The translations under genes were made by a program, and so were the position numbers. DNA of 51,612 bases, taken from positions 1 through 51,612 of IMG/VR virus record IMGVR_UViG_3300010043_000003; one strand, 5' to 3'. This DNA is from a virus (Duplodnaviria; Caudoviricetes). Positions 32,222 through 41,128 of the stretch are shown here, piece after piece; the stretch's first letter is position 1; each line of letters begins with the position of its first letter. The notes under the pieces are model-generated. The model was not told where the DNA came from. It made no database searches and worked only from the letters and a program-made list of their open reading frames with translations.

Positions 32222-33028
32222 CTAATAGGACATCCCGTTAGGCATGATGATCTGCTGCCACGACGCAATGAACGGCGCCGGCCCGCCGAAGCGATCGCCG
32301 AAGCCGCCGCCGACGCCGCGGATCAGCATCCAGTCAACCGGCAGGTCGCTCGAGGTAATGCCCTCATTGCCGTCGGAGACGCGGGCCGTCTGGATCAGCC
32401 CGACGGCGAGCTGCACGCGCGCCGCGAGCAAAGCCTTGTCCCCGGTGAGCGGCATCACGAACCACGCGGCGAGCGTGCCGATCACCGCATTACGCAGTGA
32501 GGTTCCCCACATATCGACGTTGCTCACCCAGCCGGTATAGACCGCCTCGGCGGCGCGGGCGTTGGTGAGGATGACGGAAATCTCGTTGCCGTCCCGATCC
32601 TCATCGACGGCCGGCACGAACGGCATCGCGGTGTTGACACGGGCGAACTGCCGCAAAGAAAGATTCGTCATCAGCGGCGGCTGGGTGGCCGAGACGTCCT
32701 CGGGGTTAAGCGGCATGACGAAACGGATGGTCAGGGCGTCAGCCGGATAGGCGTAGGAATAGGTCCACGGATAGGGCGGGATCGGCAGCTTCGATCCATC
32801 GGGATTCTCGGGCGTACCACGAGCGGCTTTGAGCAGCGCCAAAGGCTTCTGCTTGCGGGCCGCGTTCCAATGGGCGGCCTGGAACACCGACTCGGCCTGG
32901 ATCTGGTAATTGCGCGAGGCGACCTGAGCGGCGAGGTTGTTGGGCGGCGACGCCGGATCGATGCCGGTGATCGAGGTGCGGGCGCTGATCTGGTCGAGCG
33001 CGAGGTTGCAGATATCGACCGGTGTCAT
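32222..33028 (-). CDS. tail tubular protein A (adaptor)
   Basis: MTPVDICNLALDQI...HWNAARK...WTYSYAYPADAL. Confidence 0.85.
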   Translation of the reverse strand: MTPVDICNLALDQISARTSITGIDPASPPNNLAAQVASRNYQIQAESVFQAAHWNAARKQKPLALLKAARGTPENPDGSKLPIPPYPWTYSYAYPADALTIRFVMPLNPEDVSATQPPLMTNLSLRQFARVNTAMPFVPAVDEDRDGNEISVILTNARAAEAVYTGWVSNVDMWGTSLRNAVIGTLAAWFVMPLTGDKALLAARVQLAVGLIQTARVSDGNEGITSSDLPVDWMLIRGVGGGFGDRFGGPAPFIASWQQIIMPNGMSY

Positions 33029-33030
33029 CG

Positions 33031-33267
33031 TCAAGCCCCGCTGGGCGTCACCCACTTTTGCGAGGTCTCGTCCCACATCTCATAGAGCGGCACGTCAGTA
33101 TTCTGACCCAGGATGCGGTTCTGGTGATTGTTGACGTCGATCTTGTCGTGCTGGCGCAGCTGCGTGCAGTAGGGCCCACGCACACCCTCGGCAAGCGCGA
33201 ACTCCTCGCCGGCAGCGCACAGCCGCGCGCCGATATAGGCCGGGGCAGTCAGGCGGTATCTAGTCAT
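33031..33267 (-). CDS. hypothetical protein
   Basis: MTRYRLTAPAYI...; ATG follows motif copy 2. Confidence 0.55.
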   Translation of the reverse strand: MTRYRLTAPAYIGARLCAAGEEFALAEGVRGPYCTQLRQHDKIDVNNHQNRILGQNTDVPLYEMWDETSQKWVTPSGA

Positions 33268-33271
33268 GTGC

Positions 33272-33299
33272 TTTCTCGCTCTGGCATGCGCCAACCGCT
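33272..33299 (-). repeat. late repeat motif, copy 2
   Basis: AGCGGTTGGCGCATGCCAGAGCGAGAAA occupies the intergenic gap immediately after a TAG. Confidence 0.85.
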
Positions 33300-34328
33300 C
33301 TAGTCGGCGTCATAGCTTGGGAGTCCTTCGCCGTCGCCGCCGTAGAAACGCTGACGGCGGCCTCGGGAGCGGGCTTCCTCCTCCTCGGCCCGGTCGACCT
33401 CCTCCGGCTCTTCCTCGTGCGGCAGCATACCGACGATCTGCAATTCGATACGCGAGCATGACTTCGGTTGATTGGTCGCCGGGTCGATGTTCTCGGTCTT
33501 CGACGCACAGGTCACCTTGGCGGTGACGTAGACCTCGAGGATGTCGCCGACGTCGGGCAGATCGCCGGCGAGGCCGAGCTTCTCGAGCGAATCGTCATCG
33601 AGCGAAATGCACAGCCCGTAGGGATACTGCGGCACCTTGAGGGGCATCGGCGCCGTCATCTCCTCGGTTTTTTCCTTGATCTCCTCCGGCGTGCGCGCCA
33701 TGTCGATCATCTCGCCATGCGGCCACCCCTCGATATCGGGCTCGGTCTCGTAGAAGGGCTCTTCCCGCCCCATCGGGGCTATCTGGTTCTCGTAGGCCAC
33801 GGGCTGGTACTCCCTCGGTACTCCCTTCAATGGTCTCGGCCGCTCGCGCGGAATCGGCCGGCGCGCCGGCAAGTCCCGCGGAACGGTGGCTCTCGGGGCC
33901 GGCGGCGCCGTGCGCCGCACACTGGTTCCCTTCTCGCTCGGCGCCAGGATCTTCGGCGCGCTGCCGGGCACCGATCGCGGCACGCTGACCGGCGGCGCCG
34001 CGATCGAGGCCCGCGGCTGCTCGCCCCGATCGCTGCCGTAGGTCAGCACCTGCTGCCGCAACCGCTGCAGCCCGGTGCCGCGCCACCGCGGCGCCTCACG
34101 CGGGACGACTTCGCGCGACGGTCGCGACTGCGAGGACCCGTCGGTCCCCGGCGCGGTCGTTCTAGAGCCTTCACGCGGCGCCGGCAGCTCGCGGCGCCTG
34201 GCCGTCATGATCGTAGGCTGGCCCTGGCTCGCCGGCGCAGCGCCGCCGGTCGGCCGCGGCTGCTTGCCTCCGGGGTTCTCATACGAAAGCTTGCCGCCGC
34301 GCAGTCGCTCAATGCCGGTCGCCGCCAT
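33300..34328 (-). CDS. putative minor capsid (staple-like) protein with a long disordered N-terminus
   Basis: C-terminal MIDMART...YPYGLCISLDDDSLEKLGL..LPDVG..IELQI pattern seen in podophage capsid-associated proteins; Pro/Arg-rich N-terminal half. Confidence 0.55.
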   Translation of the reverse strand: MAATGIERLRGGKLSYENPGGKQPRPTGGAAPASQGQPTIMTARRRELPAPREGSRTTAPGTDGSSQSRPSREVVPREAPRWRGTGLQRLRQQVLTYGSDRGEQPRASIAAPPVSVPRSVPGSAPKILAPSEKGTSVRRTAPPAPRATVPRDLPARRPIPRERPRPLKGVPREYQPVAYENQIAPMGREEPFYETEPDIEGWPHGEMIDMARTPEEIKEKTEEMTAPMPLKVPQYPYGLCISLDDDSLEKLGLAGDLPDVGDILEVYVTAKVTCASKTENIDPATNQPKSCSRIELQIVGMLPHEEEPEEVDRAEEEEARSRGRRQRFYGGDGEGLPSYDAD

Positions 34329-34338
34329 CTAAAGCCTC

Positions 34339-34647
34339 CTACGCCGCTGCGCCGGGCGTGCCGGCCGGTGCCGCAACCGCAGCCGGCGCTCCCGGCGCTA
34401 CCGCGGGGGGCGTTGCCGCCGGGCCGGGCCCGCCCTCGCCGGGACCGGCGGCCATCTCGTCGTCGTGACGGGCGCTGAGCGCCGCGAGCTCGTCCTCGTG
34501 CTGCTTGTGAAGGGTATCGCGCGCCTTGGCATGACGCGCATGGGTATCGGCGCGCTCCTGGCTGTGACGTTCGCTGCGGCTCGGGGGCCGCCTCTCGTCG
34601 CTGTCCCTGCCGCCGCCCTTGCCTCGCCTGTACCAGTCTCTCGCCAT
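34339..34647 (-). CDS. small hypothetical protein
   Basis: SD AAGGAG; MARDWY..., His-periodic helix. Confidence 0.6.
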   Translation of the reverse strand: MARDWYRRGKGGGRDSDERRPPSRSERHSQERADTHARHAKARDTLHKQHEDELAALSARHDDEMAAGPGEGGPGPAATPPAVAPGAPAAVAAPAGTPGAAA

Positions 34648-34652
34648 GGGCC

Positions 34653-35225
34653 TTACTCCTTGTCCTCCGGCAGGCCGTACCAGCGACCGGCCGCATCATC
34701 GAAAATCACGTGCCCGCCGGGCGTCACATACTGGTCGGTGCCCGCCTTGCTCTCCCATTTCGGGGTCTTGCCGGGCACCGCGTGAACGCTCTCGTCCGAG
34801 AAGGTCGCCGCGTAGGGGGTCTTCCAGGCGTCCGGGAAATGGCGCTGATTATCGTAAGGGTTGATCGCGGTCTGGGCCCTCTCGTCGCCGGATTTCATGG
34901 CCTTCCAGAAGCCGCGCATGTCGTAGACGGCCTTGGGACCCTCGTAGTCGCCGGTATGGATCTTCTCGTCCTTCGCCCAGCTCTGAAATTCGCGCTCGTC
35001 CTTGGGCGAAAGCCTGGTCGTATACGGTCCCGGCTTGGCCCACTGCCTGTTGCGAGCGAAATTCTCTTCCGGCGTGAACATGTCCTCGGGATTGTCGCGC
35101 GGCCGCGGCCGCGGTAACGGCATGCTCCGCAGGCTGTCCACGTTCGCGGACGTGACCGCAGACGAGGGCAAGGGAGGCGGCGGCGAGGTTGCAGGCGCGG
35201 CGTTGGCAACAAGGCCCATTGCCAT
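34653..35225 (-). CDS. hypothetical protein
   Basis: YTTRLSPKDEREFQSW...YDMRGFWK...HFPDAWKTP..TFSDES conserved-looking domain. Confidence 0.7.
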   Translation of the reverse strand: MAMGLVANAAPATSPPPPLPSSAVTSANVDSLRSMPLPRPRPRDNPEDMFTPEENFARNRQWAKPGPYTTRLSPKDEREFQSWAKDEKIHTGDYEGPKAVYDMRGFWKAMKSGDERAQTAINPYDNQRHFPDAWKTPYAATFSDESVHAVPGKTPKWESKAGTDQYVTPGGHVIFDDAAGRWYGLPEDKE

Positions 35226-35236
35226 CTCTTCGCCTT

Positions 35237-35452
35237 CTAATCCTTCCCGTACCAGCGATCGCCGCGCTTGCGCTCACGGCTCATCCGTGACAGCCGCAGC
35301 CCGAGATTCGCGGCGGCACGCAGCGAGGGATTCGACGAACGCTTGTCGACCTCCATCTGGGCGTGGACCGAACGACCGGCGCGCCGTGCCCGCTCGGTCA
35401 TCCTTCCGGGTCGCTTGATGGCCTTGCCGATCCATTTCTTGGCCTCGGCCAT
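35237..35452 (-). CDS. small basic protein
   Basis: SD AGGAGG; KKWIGKAIKRPG...RAANLGLRL...RWYGKD. Confidence 0.65.
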   Translation of the reverse strand: MAEAKKWIGKAIKRPGRMTERARRAGRSVHAQMEVDKRSSNPSLRAAANLGLRLSRMSRERKRGDRWYGKD

Positions 35453-35453
35453 G

Positions 35454-35690
35454 TCAGTCCTCCTGCCGCTTCCTGCCAACGCGGGTGAGAACCTGGCCAG
35501 GCGCGGGATCGAGCTGCGGCAGCCGCGGGCCGACCAGCCGGCCGCCGGCACCGAGCTCGCGGGCCGGAATCCCGCCCTTGTGATCGCCGACCGTGGCGAT
35601 CTCCTCGTCCTTGTCTTTGTTGAACTCCTCGCCCTCATACCAGCGGTTGTTTTTGCCGCGCTTGGGCTTGGGCGGTGGATCGATGGCCAT
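35454..35690 (-). CDS. small hypothetical protein
   Basis: MAIDPPPKPKRGKNNRWYEG...; tight packing. Confidence 0.55.
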   Translation of the reverse strand: MAIDPPPKPKRGKNNRWYEGEEFNKDKDEEIATVGDHKGGIPARELGAGGRLVGPRLPQLDPAPGQVLTRVGRKRQED

Positions 35691-35695
35691 CACGA

Positions 35696-35878
35696 TCACT
35701 TTCTGTCGTACCAGTTGCGCGGCTTGCCGGACCTCACCGGCTTGCCCTCTTCCACCCGCTCGGGCAGCTTGCCGCCGGGATCGGCCTCGGCGAACTCGCG
35801 CGCCGCGGCGCCCTCCTTGGTCTTCTTGTTGCGGTTGGCGAACGCCCAGCGGCGCTGTGCCTGCGAGACCGGCGGCAT
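35696..35878 (-). CDS. small basic protein (DUF3008-like)
   Basis: MPPVSQAQRR...EFA..D..KLPERV. Confidence 0.65.
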   Translation of the reverse strand: MPPVSQAQRRWAFANRNKKTKEGAAAREFAEADPGGKLPERVEEGKPVRSGKPRNWYDRK

Positions 35879-36087
35879 CAGTCCGCACCGTTCAGCATTT
35901 CGACGAACCTGCGCCGCGTCGTCGCCTCGTCCTTCATGGCGCAGTCAAAACAGATACTCTCATTGTTGGGCCCGTAAGGGCGCAGTTCATCAACGTTGCC
36001 GCACAACTCGCATTTACCGTTGAAGGCATCGGGATCACGCCGGTCGGCAATGATCACATTGCCTTTGCGTTCGAACAGTTTCGGCAT
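35878..36087 (-). CDS. small Zn-finger protein
   Basis: CELCG...RPYGPNNESICFDC; TGATG coupling. Confidence 0.65.
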   Translation of the reverse strand: MPKLFERKGNVIIADRRDPDAFNGKCELCGNVDELRPYGPNNESICFDCAMKDEATTRRRFVEMLNGAD

Positions 36088-36554
36088 CAGATCCTCGTCC
36101 ACATCATGGTCGCCGCCGTATAGCGAAAGCGTGCGCTTCCCCCGGCCGGCAGGTTGGCGACGACGCCGTTGGTGGCAACGCCCGACGCCGTGATGGTCTG
36201 AGCGAAGGCTACGTTGGTGGCGTTGACGAGCACGAAGACCTGCCCGTCGACCGGCGTCGCCGGCAGGGTGACGGTGACGGCACCGGTCAGCGCCGCCGGA
36301 AAGATCAGGGTCGGCGTCGTCGCCGTGACGGCCCCGGTGGTGACGGTGGTGACGGTCGAGCTGCCCGCGAAGGCCGCGATCTGGCTCAGCGTCACCGAGG
36401 CCTCGACGCTGCCGAGCTGGCCATTCTGCTGGCGCGGAATGACGTGGAATATCTCAAGCCCGGTGAGCGGCGAAGGCAACGGCGGGCCGGCCTGCGCCAG
36501 CGCCAGGCCCGGCAAAGCCGCAACAGCAAGAACGCCCCAAAGCAACCTTCTCAT
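36087..36554 (-). CDS. fibre-family paralogue with a signal-peptide-like N-terminus
   Basis: MRRLLWGVLAVAALPGLALA-QAG, then PPLPSPLTGLE..IP.QQNG, shared with the upstream fibres. Confidence 0.65.
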   Translation of the reverse strand: MRRLLWGVLAVAALPGLALAQAGPPLPSPLTGLEIFHVIPRQQNGQLGSVEASVTLSQIAAFAGSSTVTTVTTGAVTATTPTLIFPAALTGAVTVTLPATPVDGQVFVLVNATNVAFAQTITASGVATNGVVANLPAGGSARFRYTAATMMWTRI

Positions 36555-36573
36555 GTCGACCTCATCGTTTGTT

Positions 36574-37845
36574 TCAAGAAAGGACCGCGGCGCAGAATTC
36601 GGTGATCACCACTGCCCCGGGACCGCCCTTGCCCTCTACGAGAACCGTTCCCGAACCGGTGGCCGGAACCGCAATCGAGCCCGAACCGCCGCAGCCGATA
36701 TCGCCGTCGAAACCGTTCGAAGATGCGTTCTGCACGCGGTTGCAGATCGGATATTTGCCGTAGTAGCCCATGCCGCCGCGGCCGATCAGCGCCCCGTTCT
36801 GCCCCACGGGCGGGCCGCCGCCGTAAGCCGGCCCGGCCTGATTGAGGAAGGACAGACCGGCAAACCCGGATTCGCCGCCGTGAAAGAACACCCCCGGCGG
36901 CGGCGCCGCATAGGTGACCGCCGGCGCTCCGATGGTTTTGAGGAGGGGCGCACTCCAGCCGATCGGCTGTCCTTCAAAGCTCCCGTCATATCCGCCGAAG
37001 CCGTCGGTGTCGTTGCCGTCCCTGCCGCCGTGAACCCAGGTGTTAGGTCCGAAAAACGTTTTCTTCTGTTCGTCGGTATATTGTCCCTGCATGCCGCCTG
37101 GGCAGACGACGATGTTGCGCGAGGAGCCGACCTGCGCTGCCGACATCACGAACCGGATATAGGCTCCGGCGCCGCCGCCACGGCCGACGAACCAGCTGGC
37201 GCCGTCGGCCGTCACCGGCTCGCCGGCGCCGCCGGCGCCGATCAGCTCGACGATCACGTACTGCATGCCGGGCGACGGCGTATAGGTGCCGGACGCCGTA
37301 AATACGGCGAGATCAACCTTGACGAAGGCGGTGACCGGCGCAGCCGCCAGCACCCACGCGGTGCCGTTCCACAGTTCCAGCAAGCCGGTATTGGGGTTGT
37401 ACCAGGGCTGTCCAGGCTGCGGGTTTGGCGGGGCAGCTGCCCCAAACGATATGGTGACGACGGGCTCGACCCACGCCGAGCCGCTCCAGAGCGTCAGGAG
37501 TCCGCTCACCGGATTCCACCAGAATTGTCCGGTCGTCGGATTTGCGGGAGCGGTCGGAGATACGCTTGCGGTCGAAGCCAGCTGCCAGCTTGAGCCGTTC
37601 CACACCATCAGCTGGCCGGTGGTGGTGTTGAACCACGGCTGGCCGAGGTTCGGGTTGTCGGGCGGGAGACCTCCCGCGATCACGCCGCCGTTGCCGAGCG
37701 AGGCAATCTGGGCCGTCGTCGCGCTCGCCAGGATCGAACCGGGATTGCCGTTGAGCTGCAGCGGCAGCACCAGGACGCGCTCGGTGCCGGCAAGCGACGG
37801 CAGCGGCGGAGCGCCCGGCCACAACGGGACAATGCCGTAACTCAT
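36574..37845 (-). CDS. head or tail fibre protein with three W-rich repeats and a glycine-rich C-terminal domain
   Basis: Three PxNPxxGQxWxNxxxGxLxxWxGxxW repeats; FTASGTYTPSPG. Confidence 0.75.
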   Translation of the reverse strand: MSYGIVPLWPGAPPLPSLAGTERVLVLPLQLNGNPGSILASATTAQIASLGNGGVIAGGLPPDNPNLGQPWFNTTTGQLMVWNGSSWQLASTASVSPTAPANPTTGQFWWNPVSGLLTLWSGSAWVEPVVTISFGAAAPPNPQPGQPWYNPNTGLLELWNGTAWVLAAAPVTAFVKVDLAVFTASGTYTPSPGMQYVIVELIGAGGAGEPVTADGASWFVGRGGGAGAYIRFVMSAAQVGSSRNIVVCPGGMQGQYTDEQKKTFFGPNTWVHGGRDGNDTDGFGGYDGSFEGQPIGWSAPLLKTIGAPAVTYAAPPPGVFFHGGESGFAGLSFLNQAGPAYGGGPPVGQNGALIGRGGMGYYGKYPICNRVQNASSNGFDGDIGCGGSGSIAVPATGSGTVLVEGKGGPGAVVITEFCAAVLS

Positions 37846-37868
37846 CGCATCCCTCCTCGAACCGCTCC

Positions 37869-39563
37869 TTAAAACCACTCGTAAATGATGACGTAGCCGG
37901 CCATGCCGTTGCCGCCGGCCATCGCCGCCGTCGCCGCATCGGCCCACGCAGCACCGGAGCCTCCACAACCCGGCGAGTTCGGGTTCCTGCCGTTTCTCTG
38001 CTGGCCAGCCCCGCCGGCAACCATGTCGCCTCTAGCACTGCCGCCGCCGCCGTCGCCGCCTTTGGCAAACGGAAAAGTCGTGCCGCCGGCGCCGATTCTT
38101 GCCCAAGCCATTCCGGCTTGTCCTGCCTGACCTTCCTGGAACCAGCTCGGCAGTCCTCCGGCTCCGCCTCCCGCGCCGCCCTCCGGGTTCTGATAGATAT
38201 TACTGGCATCACCGCCGATGCCTCCATTTCCCCCGGTAACCCAGGTTCCCTGCGAGCCTGAATTAAGCACAAAATAACTCTGGCCTCCGGCCACTCCGGT
38301 ATCTGCACCAACGCTGCCGGTGCCACCGCCACCGACGACGACCGGCACCTGGGCGGTCGGCAAATCCACGCCCCGGATATACATCCGTTCCGAATATCCG
38401 CCTTCGCCGCCGCCACCCCCGGAAGCCGCGACGTTGGGAACACCATTGACGCCGCCGCCACCACCGCCGCCGCCTTTTACTCTCGCCAGCAACATCTGAG
38501 TATTCGGACTTGCAGTGAACTGATAGGTGCCGGTCACATTGAATATCGTAACTCTGCCGGCCGGGCTTGGTTGAGGAGCCACGGCGACCCATTGCCCATC
38601 CCCACGGAGAAAGTTGGCGATGTTCGCGCCGGGCGGTGGCACTGCGCCCTGAAGAGCGGATGTAAACAGCGGGAGCTGCGCGGGGAGAGCGGTGCCAGAA
38701 ATCTGCGTGAAGCTATAATCATTCGCGACCGCGACCACCGCACCGGTCCGGCCGAACACGCTTGCAACAGGCACCGTCGGCGTGGGCGGCGCTGCCCATG
38801 TCCCATCGGCCCGCAAAAAATTCGCCGTGCCTCCTCCGCTCGCCGGTACGTCTCCATTCCAAGTTCCGGTGAACTGTGAGCTTTTCACGACCACCCACGA
38901 TCCACTCAGCACGAACTCGAGATAGCCGCTCGGCGCAGGCGTGACGATTGAGTTGCGCACGACTAGGATCTGCGCTGCGCCATCCACCGTCAAAATATTT
39001 TCGCCGGCCGGTGGCACGATAGTGACCTGGGCATTGGACCATATGACGCGCAGTCTTATTCCATTCGTCGCAATCGCCGGCAGTGTGTAGGTCCGCATCG
39101 CGGACGTCTGCGTGATGAAAACCAGCCGGTCGCTCGGCTGCATCACATAGTCGGCGTCCGGCCCTGCCGTAAAGGAAGCTTCCGGATCGATCCAGATCCC
39201 GTCTGCCCGCAGAAAATGCGTATCGTCGACGGGCTCGCCGGTCGCCGGCACCAGACCGTTCTCGGTCGCGGTGAATACGTTGGTGATACCGACCGGATGC
39301 CACTGCGACCCATCCCACACGTTCACGAGGCCGGTGGTAGTGTCGAACCAGAAGGTGCCCGGCCCCGGATTGACCGGCGGCGTATCGGAGATCACCGCTC
39401 CACCGGACGCGCCTTTTAAAATCTGCTCGACCGTCGCGGTCGCCAGGTTGGGACACGGCCGGCCGTTCTCGAACGGCAGCAGAAACACCTGCTCGTTACC
39501 GTTGAGGTCACCGCGCAGCGGCGGCACGCCGATCCCGAAAAACCTGTCCCCGAGCAGGCTCAT
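37869..39563 (-). CDS. head or tail fibre protein with three FLRxDG repeats and a glycine-rich C-terminal domain
   Basis: FT..NG.VP...FLRADG.W three times; VASVFGRTGAV; Gly-rich C-terminus. Confidence 0.8.
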   Translation of the reverse strand: MSLLGDRFFGIGVPPLRGDLNGNEQVFLLPFENGRPCPNLATATVEQILKGASGGAVISDTPPVNPGPGTFWFDTTTGLVNVWDGSQWHPVGITNVFTATENGLVPATGEPVDDTHFLRADGIWIDPEASFTAGPDADYVMQPSDRLVFITQTSAMRTYTLPAIATNGIRLRVIWSNAQVTIVPPAGENILTVDGAAQILVVRNSIVTPAPSGYLEFVLSGSWVVVKSSQFTGTWNGDVPASGGGTANFLRADGTWAAPPTPTVPVASVFGRTGAVVAVANDYSFTQISGTALPAQLPLFTSALQGAVPPPGANIANFLRGDGQWVAVAPQPSPAGRVTIFNVTGTYQFTASPNTQMLLARVKGGGGGGGGVNGVPNVAASGGGGGEGGYSERMYIRGVDLPTAQVPVVVGGGGTGSVGADTGVAGGQSYFVLNSGSQGTWVTGGNGGIGGDASNIYQNPEGGAGGGAGGLPSWFQEGQAGQAGMAWARIGAGGTTFPFAKGGDGGGGSARGDMVAGGAGQQRNGRNPNSPGCGGSGAAWADAATAAMAGGNGMAGYVIIYEWF

Positions 39564-39566
39564 GTC

Positions 39567-40253
39567 TTATCGGCCCGTCATCGGCGCCGGCCCCGCGCGC
39601 CTGGTCTGCGCACCGGGCCCGAACGCCGGCATGGCGGCCGCAAACCGCGTCTCGCCCGGCAGCCGCTGGCTCATCTCGGCGAGCTTGGCATTGAGCAGCG
39701 GCGGCGCAGCGGTGCGCGGCCCGCGCGTGAAATTGTGCCCGATCGGCGGGATCTCGCGCGCTTCGCGGCCCTCACGCCGCAGCTTGAGCTCGCTCGCCAT
39801 CCGCACCACCGCGCGCTGCCACTCGATGCGATTGAGCTTGAGCACTTCGGGGTCGCTGCCGAGCAGCTGGGCGGCCTCCGCCATGTCGCCGATATCGATC
39901 GGCGCCGCCGACGCCGGCAGGCGCTCGAGCATACGCACGACGGCGATCGCCGCCGCCCGGTTCAAGGGCTGCATGTGCTCGTTGGGCACCACGCTGGTGA
40001 CGACGATTGCGGACTCCTCGTAGAGCGTCGCCTCACGCCCGATGCCGAGGAAGCAATCGCTCGCGATGTAGTAGGTCGGCTCGCGCTCCTGCACGATCGA
40101 GCGGTCGTCCTGCTGCATGGCGAAGCATTCCGGCAGGTTCTCGTAGCCGGAGCCGGCGAGCGGATCAGCGTCGCCGTTGTTGCGCTTGCGGTTGTTCCCC
40201 TTGGGAGCCTCTTCCGACAGCTTGAACTGCTCGGGTTGGGTATTCGGTTCCAT
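39567..40253 (-). CDS. hypothetical virion-region protein
   Basis: SD AAGGA; MEPNTQ...PNEHMQPLNRAA. Confidence 0.65.
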   Translation of the reverse strand: MEPNTQPEQFKLSEEAPKGNNRKRNNGDADPLAGSGYENLPECFAMQQDDRSIVQEREPTYYIASDCFLGIGREATLYEESAIVVTSVVPNEHMQPLNRAAAIAVVRMLERLPASAAPIDIGDMAEAAQLLGSDPEVLKLNRIEWQRAVVRMASELKLRREGREAREIPPIGHNFTRGPRTAAPPLLNAKLAEMSQRLPGETRFAAAMPAFGPGAQTRRAGPAPMTGR

Positions 40254-40264
40254 GTTTGATTTCC

Positions 40265-40477
40265 TTATCCGCGGCGTGCGAACTCGACGCCCGCGCTCGG
40301 CGCACCCTCCTCGTCGACCCACTCGGCTTCGCCCTTCGCAATCATCGCTTCCGCCTGATCGCGATAGACGGCGCCGGAATGGGTCTCGGCCGGATTGTCG
40401 GTGACGGCGAGCACCGTGCCGTGGTGATGGCTGGCGTGGTGCTCGCCGAGAATGCGCAGGCGTCCGATCACGCTCAT
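40265..40477 (-). CDS. hypothetical protein
   Basis: 70 aa; ATG follows motif copy 3. Confidence 0.6.
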   Translation of the reverse strand: MSVIGRLRILGEHHASHHHGTVLAVTDNPAETHSGAVYRDQAEAMIAKGEAEWVDEEGAPSAGVEFARRG

Positions 40478-40482
40478 TTATT

Positions 40483-40510
40483 TTTCTCGCTCTGGCATAC
40501 GCCAACCGCT
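40483..40510 (-). repeat. late repeat motif, copy 3
   Basis: AGCGGTTGGCGTATGCCAGAGCGAGAAA in the gap after the cement gene. Confidence 0.85.
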
Positions 40511-40522
40511 TACGCGACTGCC

Positions 40523-41116
40523 CTAGAAGTTGGCCGGGTACTGGCCGAGCGTGTCCTGGGCCGAGGTATCGCCGAGGCCGATGTAGCTCTTGAGGTTCAG
40601 CCCGGTGGCGGCGCCAACGACCGTGAAGCCGATCTGCAGGAACCGCGGCAGCGGCGCACCAATCGGCCGGCGCGGCAGATCGAAGTCCGCAATCATGTAG
40701 AGCCCCTCCGCGAAATTCGCGGTGATGTCGGCGAGGGTGAGCACGTCGCTCGTGATGTACGGCACGAACGTCAGGCCCGCGATCGTGCCGCCGCCGTTGT
40801 CGACCGCGCCGAGCAGCTGCACCTGCAGCGAGGTCAGCCCGGCCGGCGTGGTAGCGGGGTCGGCGTAGACGTTGATCGAGGGATCGCCCATGCCGCGCCC
40901 GGCGCCGAGGTCCTGGCCCCAGAAGCGCGTCGGCGGCGTGGTGTCGGGCCGGATACGGCCGATGATGGCGTTAGGCGGCACCACATAGGTGCCGGTCAGC
41001 GTATCGAGCGCGAGGCCCTGCAACAGGTCATAGGTGAGTTCCGACACCGCGGTGGCGGTGACGGCCTGGCCGGGCTGCGCCTTGAAGAAAGTAAGATTCT
41101 GGTCGTAGAGAGCCAT
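40523..41116 (-). CDS. capsid cement protein (Bbp16-like)
   Basis: YDQNLTF...QAVTATAVS...DLGAG...PRFLQI; directly after the major capsid gene. Confidence 0.7.
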   Translation of the reverse strand: MALYDQNLTFFKAQPGQAVTATAVSELTYDLLQGLALDTLTGTYVVPPNAIIGRIRPDTTPPTRFWGQDLGAGRGMGDPSINVYADPATTPAGLTSLQVQLLGAVDNGGGTIAGLTFVPYITSDVLTLADITANFAEGLYMIADFDLPRRPIGAPLPRFLQIGFTVVGAATGLNLKSYIGLGDTSAQDTLGQYPANF

Positions 41117-41128
41117 TGTTTCCTCCTC

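Noticed and set aside
27297-40510. The repeated motif as a CRISPR repeat or sigma54 promoter
   Set aside because: Copies are 6-7 kb apart, and GG-N10-GC spacing is not met on either strand.
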